From the NCBI GenBank assembly GCA_046290465.1, contig JBKAGP010000001.1, positions 2,528,001-2,592,000 on the forward strand: 64,000 nt of DNA. The letters are read 5' to 3'. Shown in pieces: positions 44,413 to 53,410 of the stretch (within the stretch, counting starts at the first letter, position 1; every line of letters starts with the position of its first letter). A program made the position numbers and the translations under genes. The notes under the pieces are model-generated. The model had not been told where the DNA came from, did not search any database, and worked only from the letters and a program-made list of their open reading frames with translations. Origin of the DNA: Planctomycetota bacterium (GTDB taxonomy: Bacteria > Planctomycetota > UBA1135 > UBA2386).

Positions 44413-47255
44413 TGCAACGTTCCTCCTCCCCCACCCGAGGCGCCGTGCTCGCGGCCGCGCTCGGTGCAGCCTTGCTGGCTGCGCCGCTCGCCGCCCAGCA
44501 GGCGCCGAGCGGCACGTTCGCGGTGCGCTGCGGCACGCTGCTCGTCGGTGACGGCCAGCAGGCCATGACCGACGCGTGGCTGGTCGTGCGCAACGGCAAG
44601 ATCGAGAGCGTCTCGCAGGCCGCGCCGCCGGCCGACCTGCCGGTCGTCGACGCCAGCGGCAAGGTCGTGATGCCGGGCATCGTCGCGGTCGACACCGACC
44701 TCGCGCCGGTTCGCGACAGCGAGTACCAGGTGACCCCCGACGCGTTCGCCGTCGATGCGTTCGACTTCGAGCGTTCGTGGCGGCCCGCCCTCGAGGGCGG
44801 CATCACGTCGGCCTACCTGTCGCCCGGCCGCAGCCGCCTGGTCTCCGGCCAGGGCGCGGTCGTCAAGCTCGCCGGCACCGACCTGGTCGAGCGCGTGCTG
44901 ACCGACGAGGCGTGCCTGCGCGTCAACTTCGGTCCGGCCGCGCTGGCCGCGCCGCGCGTGTTCGAACCGAACGCGCACCCGACCGACGACGAGCCGCTGG
45001 AGCCGGCGCGCATCCAGACGCCGACGTCGCGCATCAGCCTGCTCGCCGAGCTGCGCGCCCTGTTCGCGTCGGCGACCGACAAGGACCAGGGCCCCGGTGG
45101 CCAGGGCCCGGCCGAGCACCTCTACGACGAGCGCGCGCTGCGCATGGTCGTCGAGGGCAAGATGCCGATGCGGGCCTCGGCGCAGGACGCCGGCGACATC
45201 CGCCGCGCGCTGCAGCTGCAGAAGGAGCTGGGCTTCAAGATCGTGCTCGAGAACCCGGACGAGATCGAGCGCGTCGCGGCCACCGCGGCCGCGCAGAAGG
45301 CGATGGCGACGTTCCGCATGCCGACGATGTTCGGCAAGTCGGTGCCCGGTGGCGAGGATCGCTACCAGGACGTCAAGGAGCCGAACTTCGACGCGCCGGC
45401 GAAGGCCGCCGCCGCCGGCATGACCGTCGGCATCAGCCCGGCCAGCGGCGTGCCGCTGCGCGACTACCTGATGTCGGTCGCGATCGCCGTGCGCCACGGC
45501 CTGCCGGAGTCGACCGCGCTGCGCGCCGTCGGCCTCGACGCCGCCAAGGTGCTCGGCGTCGACGGCCGCGTCGGCTCGCTGCAGAAGGGCAAGGACGCCG
45601 ACTTCGTCGTGCTCAGCGGCGACCCGCTCGCCGTCGGCACGATGGTCGAGGCGACCTGGATCGACGGCGTGCGCCGGTTCGCGCGCGAGACCGACAGCCA
45701 GGTGCTGGCGATCCGCACCCACCGCGTGCACGACGGCACCGGCCGGGTGCTGCGCAACGGCGTCGTGCTGATCCAGAACGGCCGCATCAAGGCGGTCGGC
45801 GAGGACCTGGCGATCCCGTACGGCGCCGAGGTCCTCGAGCTCGACGACGGCGTCGCGACGCCCGGCTTCGTCGACGTGTTCTCGCACCTCGGCCTCGCCG
45901 GCGAAGGCACCGGCGTGCCGAACGGCAGCCCGAACCAGCGCCTGCACGACATCCTCGCGTTCGACGATCCGATGTTCGAACCGGCGCTGCGCGAGGGCAT
46001 CACGTCGCTGCTCGTCGGCGGCAAGGACGGCGGCCTGACGTCGGGGCGCCTCGCCGCGATCAAGACCGGCGCCCGTGACCGCGACGGCATGCTGGTGCGC
46101 GAGATCGCCGGCCAGCGCATGGTGTTCGACGCCATCGGCCCGAACGCCACCAAGCCGCTCGCCGACCAGATCGCGCGTGCGCGCAAGTACGCCGACGCGT
46201 GGCAGAAGTACGAGAAGGCGCTGGCCGAGTGGCGCGCCGGCGTCGAGGGCACGCCCGCTCCCGAACCGGAGAAGGAGGAGCCGAAGCCGAAGGAGGGCGC
46301 CGAGAAGGCCGACCCGCTGACCGGCACCTGGGAAGCGGAGATCGTGATCCAGGAGCGCTTCCGCCTGCAGATCAAGCTGGACCTGACGCTCAAGGGCACC
46401 AAGGTCACCGGCACGATCTCGCTCGGCATGGGGCGCGGCGGTCGCGGCCCGCGCCCGCAGGAGATCGAGGGCACGTTCGAGAACGGCACGCTCAAGATCG
46501 AGTTCAGCGGTGCGATGGGCTCGGCGACGCTCGAGGCCACCGTCGAAGGGGACACGATGACCGGCAAGCTGAGCCTCGGCCCGATGGGCACGCAGGACGT
46601 GACCGGCACGCGCACCAGCAAGAAGCCCGGCGCCGCCGCCAAGGCCGCGCCGCCCCGCCGCAAGAAGAAGGGCGAGGACGACGGCCGGCCGAAGCCGCCG
46701 AAGACCGACGAGAACCTCGAGCCGCTGCGCGCGATCCTCGCCGGCAAGGCGACGCTGGTCGTGCGCACCAACCGCGCCCCGGCCATCCAGGGCGTGGTCG
46801 CGCTGCTCGAGAAGGAGAAGATCAGCTACGCCTTGACCGGCGCGGACGATCTGCTCGACGACGGCTCGCTGCTCGGCGGCAAGAAGCCGGCGATCGTCGT
46901 CGGCCCGGAGGTCGTCGTCGAGGACGACGGCGATCTGGTCAACGTCGCGTCGACGTTCGCCGACCACGACCTGCCGATCATGTTCGGCACCGGCAACTGC
47001 GCGGGCACGCGCTTCCTGCCGATGCACGCCGCCTACGCGGTGCGCTACGGCCTCAGCCCGCAGGACGCCCTGCAGGCGCTGACGCTGTGGCCCGCCAAGG
47101 CCTTCCACCTCGACGAGCGCATCGGTTCGCTCGAGAAGGGCAAGGACGCCGACCTCGTGGTGTTCTCGGGCAACCCGTTCGAGCCCACGAGCACCGTCTT
47201 GCTCGTCGTCTGCAACGGCCGCGTGGTCGTCGACAACCGGGAGCAAGCGCAATGA
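44412..47255 (+). CDS. Exported tandem two-domain amidohydrolase-family protein 5 with inserted beta-rich domain
   Basis: Signal ...APLAAQ. Domain 1: VMPGIVAVDTD...GSLQKGKDAD. Domain 2: ATPGFVDVFSH...GSLEKGKDAD. Start is ATG 44412 or GTG 44409. Confidence 0.88.
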   Translation: MQRSSSPTRGAVLAAALGAALLAAPLAAQQAPSGTFAVRCGTLLVGDGQQAMTDAWLVVRNGKIESVSQAAPPADLPVVDASGKVVMPGIVAVDTDLAPVRDSEYQVTPDAFAVDAFDFERSWRPALEGGITSAYLSPGRSRLVSGQGAVVKLAGTDLVERVLTDEACLRVNFGPAALAAPRVFEPNAHPTDDEPLEPARIQTPTSRISLLAELRALFASATDKDQGPGGQGPAEHLYDERALRMVVEGKMPMRASAQDAGDIRRALQLQKELGFKIVLENPDEIERVAATAAAQKAMATFRMPTMFGKSVPGGEDRYQDVKEPNFDAPAKAAAAGMTVGISPASGVPLRDYLMSVAIAVRHGLPESTALRAVGLDAAKVLGVDGRVGSLQKGKDADFVVLSGDPLAVGTMVEATWIDGVRRFARETDSQVLAIRTHRVHDGTGRVLRNGVVLIQNGRIKAVGEDLAIPYGAEVLELDDGVATPGFVDVFSHLGLAGEGTGVPNGSPNQRLHDILAFDDPMFEPALREGITSLLVGGKDGGLTSGRLAAIKTGARDRDGMLVREIAGQRMVFDAIGPNATKPLADQIARARKYADAWQKYEKALAEWRAGVEGTPAPEPEKEEPKPKEGAEKADPLTGTWEAEIVIQERFRLQIKLDLTLKGTKVTGTISLGMGRGGRGPRPQEIEGTFENGTLKIEFSGAMGSATLEATVEGDTMTGKLSLGPMGTQDVTGTRTSKKPGAAAKAAPPRRKKKGEDDGRPKPPKTDENLEPLRAILAGKATLVVRTNRAPAIQGVVALLEKEKISYALTGADDLLDDGSLLGGKKPAIVVGPEVVVEDDGDLVNVASTFADHDLPIMFGTGNCAGTRFLPMHAAYAVRYGLSPQDALQALTLWPAKAFHLDERIGSLEKGKDADLVVFSGNPFEPTSTVLLVVCNGRVVVDNREQAQ

Positions 47256-48664
47256 TGATGTTCCGTCCCACGATCGCGGCGCTCGCCGCGTGCTCGCTGC
47301 TGGCGACCGTCGCCGTGGCCCAGGAAGCCGCGGCGAAGGCCCCGGCCGCCGCCGAGCCGGCACCTGCCAAGCAGGAGCCGAAGCCGTTCCAGACCTGGCA
47401 CCCGCGCCGGCCCAAGGAGGAGAAGGACTACGTGGTCGCCAAGTGGGGACCGCGCGGCCTGCCGAGCCCCGGCTACGCGTTCTACGCCGCCAAGATCCTG
47501 CCGGTGACGTCGGCGCCGATCATCGACGGCGTCATCATCACCAAGAACGGCGTCATCGAGGCGATCGGCAAGGCGTCGGAGCTGACGGTGCCGAGCGGCT
47601 ACGAGAAGGTCGACTGCGGCGACGCGGTGATCTGCCCCGGCTTCGTCGAGACGCACTGCCACATCGCGAGCCCGAGCTTCGACCTCAACGACACGGTCCA
47701 CCCGACCAACCCGGAGTTCCGCACGCTCGACCTGATCAGCATGGAGCACGATCAGATCCGGGTGTCGCGCGCCGGCGGCGTCTCGACCGCGCTCTACATC
47801 CCGGGCTCCGGCTCGAACATGGGCGGCTTCGGCACGCTGACCAAGACCTGGGGCAACTCGCCGGAGGAGGCGCTGGTGCGCTTCCCGGGCAGCCTCAAGA
47901 TCGCGCAGGCCGGCAACCCGGAGCGCGGCTCGGGCGACCTCGGGTCGGGCATGATGGGCATGTCGGAGGGCATCCGCATGACCCTGCTCGACGGCAAGGA
48001 GTACTGGGAGCAGATGCTCGCCTTCGAAGCCGGCAAGGGACCGAAGCCGGAGTTCAACGCGACGCTCGAACTGATCAGCGGCCTGTTCCGCCACGAGTTC
48101 CCGCTCAGCGTGCACACGCAGATCTACCAGGTCGTGCTGCAGACGCTGCAGGAGCTGCGCCTCGAGCTCGGGCTGTGGACCGTCGTCGTGCACGGCACGT
48201 TCGACGGCTACCGCCTCAGCGAGGACCTGCTGATGGCCGGCATGCCGGTCTCCGGCGGCCCGCGCGCGTACCACTACGATCGCGCCACCGGCGCCTTCAA
48301 CGGCGTGCTCGCCAACTACTCGCTCGGCGGCAAGATGGGCTGGCGTGAGCCGGTCATGGGCCTCGGCCGCGACGGCGTCGGCGTCAACACCGACTCGCCG
48401 GTGGTCGCCCAGGAACAGCTGCAGCTGCAGGCCGCCATGGGCGTTCGCCTCGGCTGGCCGCACGAGTGGGCGCTGCGCGGCCTGACCATCAACAACGCGG
48501 TGTTCTTCGGCATCGACCACCGCGTCGGCTCGCTGGAAGTCGGCAAGGACGCCGACCTCGGCGTGTGGAGCGGCGACCCGATCGACCCGCGCTGCTACGT
48601 CGAGCTGATGGTGATCAACGGCACCATCTGCTACCGCCGCAACCCCGACCGTCCGGACTGGTAG
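47252..48664 (+). CDS. Exported amidohydrolase-family protein 6, catalytically complete
   Basis: Signal ...VAVAQ; PGFVETHCH, SLKIAQAGNP, SVHTQ, VVHGTFD, NTDSP and GSLEVGKDAD. Confidence 0.9.
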   Translation: MMMFRPTIAALAACSLLATVAVAQEAAAKAPAAAEPAPAKQEPKPFQTWHPRRPKEEKDYVVAKWGPRGLPSPGYAFYAAKILPVTSAPIIDGVIITKNGVIEAIGKASELTVPSGYEKVDCGDAVICPGFVETHCHIASPSFDLNDTVHPTNPEFRTLDLISMEHDQIRVSRAGGVSTALYIPGSGSNMGGFGTLTKTWGNSPEEALVRFPGSLKIAQAGNPERGSGDLGSGMMGMSEGIRMTLLDGKEYWEQMLAFEAGKGPKPEFNATLELISGLFRHEFPLSVHTQIYQVVLQTLQELRLELGLWTVVVHGTFDGYRLSEDLLMAGMPVSGGPRAYHYDRATGAFNGVLANYSLGGKMGWREPVMGLGRDGVGVNTDSPVVAQEQLQLQAAMGVRLGWPHEWALRGLTINNAVFFGIDHRVGSLEVGKDADLGVWSGDPIDPRCYVELMVINGTICYRRNPDRPDW

Positions 48665-48693
48665 TCCGGGCGGTCCGCCCCCCACACACCGCT

Positions 48694-49947
48694 GTGCGAC
48701 CGACCTCCACGACCCTGATGCTGCTGTGCGCCCTGGCTTCGGCCAGCGCGGCTGCACGCGCACAGGCGGAGGCGGGCACGGCCCCGTCGGCGAACCGCGC
48801 GACCGCGCACCTCGCCGCCCGCATCCTTCCCTGTGACCGCGCGCCGATCACCGACGGCGTGCTGATCGAACGCGGCGGCAAGATCGTCGCGATCGGTCCG
48901 CGCCGGCAGACCACCGTTCCGCCCGGAGCCACCGTCGTCGACCACGGCGCGAGCTGGCTGACCCCGGGCTTCGTCGACCTGCACCACCACGTCAGCAGCG
49001 GCGGCGGCGACATCAACGACATGACCGAGCCGTTGAACGCGCAGATGCGCACGTTCGACACGGTCAAGCCGTCGACCGACGAGATCCGTCGGACCGCCGC
49101 GGGCGGCGTCACCACGACGCTGTTCATCCCGGGCAGCGGCACGTTCATCTCGGGGTTCGGCTGCCTGCTCAAGATGCGCGGCGGCGGCACGCTCGAGGCG
49201 ATGACGATCCAGGCGATCGGCGCCATGAAGGTCGCGCAGGGCTTCAACCCGGAGCGCTACAGCGGCGACCTCGGCCAGACCCGCATGGGCAGCAGCGAAC
49301 TGCTGATCAAGCAGCTGGACGCCGGCCGCGACTACGCCGCGGCGTGGCGCGCGTTCGACGCCGGCGACGGCCCGAAGCCGGAGTTCGACCCGGCGCTCGA
49401 ACAGCTGCGGCTGGTGTTCGACAAGAAAGTGCCGGTGCTGATCCACACCGCCGGCATGCGCGACTGCCTGTCAACCTCGCGCATGTTCCAGGACCGTTAC
49501 GACGTGCGCATGATCCTGTCGCACGGTTCGTTCGACGGCTGGCTCGCCGCCGAACCGCTGGCGAAGAAGCAGACGCCGCTCAATCTCGGACCGCGCATGT
49601 ACCAGCTCGACCGCTACGGCCGCATGCAGGGCATGTGCCAGGCGTTCTACGACGCCGGCTGCCACAACCTGTCGATCAACACCGACGCGCCGGTGATCCC
49701 GGCCGAGGAGCTGCAGCTGCAGGCCGCGATGGCCGCGCGGCTCGGCCTGCCCTACCAGGCCGCGCTGGCGGCCGTCACCATCATCCCGGCGCGCCAGATC
49801 GGTCTCGACGACCGCGTCGGCTCGCTCACGGTCGGCAAGGACGCCGACTTCCAGGTCACCGCGGGAGACCCCCTCGACCCCCGCGTGGCCCCGCTCGAGG
49901 TCTACATCGAAGGCCAACTGATCCACCGATTCGGAGACGTGCGATAG
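48694..49947 (+). CDS. Exported amidohydrolase-family protein 7, catalytically complete
   Basis: Signal ...AARAQ; PGFVDLHHH, AMKVAQGFNP, LIHTAG, LSHGSFD, NTDAP and GSLTVGKDAD. Start is GTG 48694 or ATG 48718. Confidence 0.9.
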   Translation: MRPTSTTLMLLCALASASAAARAQAEAGTAPSANRATAHLAARILPCDRAPITDGVLIERGGKIVAIGPRRQTTVPPGATVVDHGASWLTPGFVDLHHHVSSGGGDINDMTEPLNAQMRTFDTVKPSTDEIRRTAAGGVTTTLFIPGSGTFISGFGCLLKMRGGGTLEAMTIQAIGAMKVAQGFNPERYSGDLGQTRMGSSELLIKQLDAGRDYAAAWRAFDAGDGPKPEFDPALEQLRLVFDKKVPVLIHTAGMRDCLSTSRMFQDRYDVRMILSHGSFDGWLAAEPLAKKQTPLNLGPRMYQLDRYGRMQGMCQAFYDAGCHNLSINTDAPVIPAEELQLQAAMAARLGLPYQAALAAVTIIPARQIGLDDRVGSLTVGKDADFQVTAGDPLDPRVAPLEVYIEGQLIHRFGDVR

Positions 49948-49948
49948 C

Positions 49949-51382
49949 ATGCGAAACCACTTCTTGAGCCTCTCGGCCGCCGCGCTGCTGTGCGTCGGCG
50001 CCGTCACCGCCCAGAACGCGCGACCGGTCGCGTTCACCAACGCGCGCATCCACACGGTCAGCGGCAAGGTCGTCGAGAACGGCACCCTGGTCGTGCGCAA
50101 CGGCAAGATCGAAGCCGTCGGCAAGGACGTCACGGTGCCCGCCGGCGCCAAGGTCGTCGACGCCAGCGGCAAGACGATCATGCCGGGCCTGGTCAGCGCC
50201 TGGTCGCGCGCCGGCCTCAACCCGCCGCGCTCGCGCAGCAACACGCCAACGCGCGGCAGCCGCCGTTTCACCCGTTCGTTCCGCTCGTCGTCGAGCAACG
50301 GCCGCACGTCGAACAGCGCCGCGACCCGCGTCGTCGACGGCCTCTACGTGCGCCAGCCGATCTTCCACGACCTGCTCGAGGTCGGCGTCACGTCGCTGGC
50401 GCTGAACCCGAGCGGCGCCGGCTTCCCGGGCCTCGGCGCGGTGCTCAACCCGGCCGGCAAGACCCGCGGCGAGCTGACGCAGGACGACGAGGCGTTCGTG
50501 CAGATCGGCATGCAGCGCAACAACTCGGCCAAGAAGCTGCTCAAGGACACGTTCGAGAAGGCCAAGAAGGTCGTCGAGGAGCGCGAGAAGCCGCCGGCAC
50601 CGCCGAAGAAGGAAGAGCCCAAGAAGGAGGAGGCCAAGAAGCCCGAGGCCAAGCCCGGCGAGAAGCCCGCCGAGAACAAGACCGAGGGCAAGCAGCCGCC
50701 GAAGAAGGACGAGCCGAAGCCCAAGGGCGACGAGCCCAAGCAGGATCCGAAGAAGGACCCGAAGCAGGACCCCAAGAAGGCGACGCCGAAGCCCGCCGCC
50801 AAGCCGAAGCCCAAGCCGAAGGACCCCAACCTCGAGGTGCTGGCCGACCTGCTGCAGGGCAAGCGCCGCGCGATCGTGCAGATCGACTCGGCCGCCGACC
50901 TGCTGCACTGGCAGCACGCGGTCGGCGACGACCTGAAGTTCCCGCGCATGGTCGCGGTGCAGCGTCACGACACCCGCTCCGGGACGATCGACATGGTCGT
51001 CGACCACCTCAAGAAGTGGGAGTGCTCGGTGCTGCTGCCGCCGTCGCTGTCGACCAAGCCCGGCTCGTCGTACCTGATCCACCCTGCCAAGGAACTGCAC
51101 GACGCCGGCATCGAGGTCGGCTTCGCGATCGGCGAGTCGACCAACAGCGTGCGCGCGCTGTTCTACAACCTGATGGAACTGGTGCGCGCCGGCCTGCCGG
51201 CCGACGTCGCGATCAAGGCCGTCACGCAGGTGCCGGCCAAGGCGCTCGGCATCGACGAGCGCGTCGGCACCCTCGAGGAGGGCAAGGACGCCGACCTGCT
51301 GGTGTTCGACGGCGATCCGCTGTCGCCGACCGGCAAGCTCGAGCAGGTCTGGCTGCGCGGCCAGCAGGTCGAGAAGAACTAG
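49949..51382 (+). CDS. Exported amidohydrolase-family protein 8 (HxH absent; Lys/Pro/Glu-rich insert)
   Basis: Signal ...AVTAQ; FTNARIHTVSG, IMPGLVSAWSR and VGTLEEGKDAD. Confidence 0.88.
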   Translation: MRNHFLSLSAAALLCVGAVTAQNARPVAFTNARIHTVSGKVVENGTLVVRNGKIEAVGKDVTVPAGAKVVDASGKTIMPGLVSAWSRAGLNPPRSRSNTPTRGSRRFTRSFRSSSSNGRTSNSAATRVVDGLYVRQPIFHDLLEVGVTSLALNPSGAGFPGLGAVLNPAGKTRGELTQDDEAFVQIGMQRNNSAKKLLKDTFEKAKKVVEEREKPPAPPKKEEPKKEEAKKPEAKPGEKPAENKTEGKQPPKKDEPKPKGDEPKQDPKKDPKQDPKKATPKPAAKPKPKPKDPNLEVLADLLQGKRRAIVQIDSAADLLHWQHAVGDDLKFPRMVAVQRHDTRSGTIDMVVDHLKKWECSVLLPPSLSTKPGSSYLIHPAKELHDAGIEVGFAIGESTNSVRALFYNLMELVRAGLPADVAIKAVTQVPAKALGIDERVGTLEEGKDADLLVFDGDPLSPTGKLEQVWLRGQQVEKN

Positions 51383-51420
51383 GCCGCGCCCACAACCCCA
51401 CCGCACACCCCGAACCCAAC

Positions 51421-52788
51421 ATGCGCACGTCCACCCTGTTCGTCCTGTCGCTCGCGCTGCTCAGCGCGCTCGACCTCCCGGCCCAGGGCCGCGGCCGCCG
51501 CGGCCGCCGCCCGACCCAGCAGCCGCAGCAGGCTCCGGCTCCGGAGGCCCCGAAGAAGGAAGAGAAGAAGGAGCCGAAGAGCTACCTCGCGATCGTCGGC
51601 GGCGACGTCTACATCGGCACCGGCCAGCGCCTGACCGGCGCGACCGTGCTGGTCGCCGACGACAAGATCGAGAAGGTCGGCCACAACCTCGAACTGCCGG
51701 AAGGCACCAAGGTCATCGACGCCAAGGGCAAGTGCGTCAGCCCTGGCTTCGTGATCGTGGAGGGCTCGGGCATGGGCGCCGGCTTCAGCGGCCCCTACAA
51801 GGACACGGTCAACCCGTTCGACCAGTCGATCAAGCAGGGCCTGGCCGCCGGCATCACGTCGTTCCTGGTCGGCTCGACGTCGTCGCGCGGACGCGTCGGC
51901 GGCAGCAACGCCGTCATCAAGACGCACTACGGCGACATCGACGGCATGGTGCTCAGCGAGAACAGCGTGTGCGGCATCTCGGTGCCGCTGCAGCGCACCC
52001 AGAAGGAGCAGCTGAAGACGCAGATCCAGCAGTGCCGCGACTACCTGAAGGCGCTCGAGGACTACCCGGCCCAGAAGGCCAAGGACGCGAAGGCCAAGGC
52101 GCCGCAGGCGCCGCGCGGTGCCGACAAGGTGCTGGCGGTGCTGCAGGGCAAGGCGAAGCTGTGGGTCGCCTTCGGCGGCGGCCGCTTCAACCCGTTCGGC
52201 GGCGGCGTCAGCGGCGGCTCGTCCGACGTCGACAAGATCCGCGAGGCGCTCGAAGTCTCGCGCATGTTCGGCCAGGGCGTCGTGATCCAGAAGCCGGTCA
52301 GCGCCTGGCTGATCCCGGACGAGATCGCCAACACCGGGTCGAGCGTCATCTGGAGCCCGCGCACGCGGATTCCGGCGGACCCGAAGGACCCCGACCGCAC
52401 CGGCAGCAACCTCGCCCAGGCGGCGATCCTGGCCAAGGCTGGCGTGCCGGTCGCCGTGACGTGCCCGAGCGGCCGGTTCGGTGGGTCCGGTGTCGGCACC
52501 AACGGCATCCTCGGACAGGACCTCAACACCCCGCACGTCGACGCGGCCTACGCCGTGCGCGGCGGACTCGACAACCGTAAGGCTCTACGAACGCTGACGT
52601 TGGACGCGGCCGAGATGATGGGCGTCGGCGACCGGATCGGCTCGCTCGAGGCCGGCAAGGACGCCGACATCTTGATTCTGGACGGCGATCCGCTGCACTA
52701 TAGCACGTTCGTGACCACGGCCGTCGTCAACGGCAAGGTCGTTTACGAGAAGGGCAACGAAGCCCTCTTCCGACACATCGAGCGGTAA
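51421..52788 (+). CDS. Exported amidohydrolase-family protein 9 (HxH absent)
   Basis: Signal ...DLPAQ; GKCVSPGFVIVEGS, GITS and IGSLEAGKDAD. Confidence 0.88.
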   Translation: MRTSTLFVLSLALLSALDLPAQGRGRRGRRPTQQPQQAPAPEAPKKEEKKEPKSYLAIVGGDVYIGTGQRLTGATVLVADDKIEKVGHNLELPEGTKVIDAKGKCVSPGFVIVEGSGMGAGFSGPYKDTVNPFDQSIKQGLAAGITSFLVGSTSSRGRVGGSNAVIKTHYGDIDGMVLSENSVCGISVPLQRTQKEQLKTQIQQCRDYLKALEDYPAQKAKDAKAKAPQAPRGADKVLAVLQGKAKLWVAFGGGRFNPFGGGVSGGSSDVDKIREALEVSRMFGQGVVIQKPVSAWLIPDEIANTGSSVIWSPRTRIPADPKDPDRTGSNLAQAAILAKAGVPVAVTCPSGRFGGSGVGTNGILGQDLNTPHVDAAYAVRGGLDNRKALRTLTLDAAEMMGVGDRIGSLEAGKDADILILDGDPLHYSTFVTTAVVNGKVVYEKGNEALFRHIER

Positions 52789-52920
52789 CCCGAGCTGCGG
52801 GCCCTACCGCGAGGATGGTCGAGGCGGTGACCGTGGAGCATCCGGTAGGAGGTTCCGGGCGATGAGCCCGGGACCCGATCGGACCCGATCTGCCTCGATG
52901 TCATCCACTTCAGAACAGAC

Positions 52921-53337
52921 ATGAGCGTAGAAAGCCTGAAGGAACTGGACGACTTCTTCCGCAGCATGCGGCAGGCGTTCAACAGCCGCGACCTCAAGAC
53001 CTTCCGCTCGCACTTCTGGACCGACAAGCGCTTCCACAACCTCGACGCCTCCGGCCGCCGCGACCGCGGCTGGGGTGCCTTCGAGGAGGTGCTCGACCAG
53101 GAGTTCCGCTACCTCGAGTCGGTGCGCATGGAACTCAAGGACCTGGACTGTCAGGTCTTCGAAGACCAGTTCGGCACGGCCGTCGCGACCTGGAAGCTGA
53201 CCCAGGTCGACCCCGAGGGTCGCAACCACGAGCAGAACGGACGCTGCACGTTCTCCCTGTGCAGGTTCAGCGACGACTGGAAGATCGTCGCGCAGCACTT
53301 CTCGCCGCTGTCGGCAGAAGAAGCCGCCGCCGAGTGA
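52921..53337 (+). CDS. NTF2-like/SnoaL-like fold protein
   Basis: 138 aa; AFNSRD...RGW, GRCTF and the C-terminal WKIVAQHFS pattern. Confidence 0.75.
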   Translation: MSVESLKELDDFFRSMRQAFNSRDLKTFRSHFWTDKRFHNLDASGRRDRGWGAFEEVLDQEFRYLESVRMELKDLDCQVFEDQFGTAVATWKLTQVDPEGRNHEQNGRCTFSLCRFSDDWKIVAQHFSPLSAEEAAAE

Positions 53338-53383
53338 TTCTCGGTGGCCCACCCGCCGGCCACGCCCCAAGCCGGACTCCGGG

Positions 53384-53392
53384 TGCTACATT
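53384..53392 (+). promoter_or_regulatory. Candidate extended -10 promoter (TGcTACATT) for icmF
   Basis: TGn-TAnnnT lying ~20-35 nt upstream of the candidate starts. Confidence 0.4.
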
Positions 53393-53410
53393 GACGGCCC
53401 TGGTCCTCAT

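Noticed and set aside
38888..52788. Amidohydrolase copies lacking HxH as pseudogenes or an assembly duplication
   Set aside because: All have intact ORFs, signal peptides, normal codon bias and coupled junctions, and they are too divergent from each other to be mis-assembled repeats.
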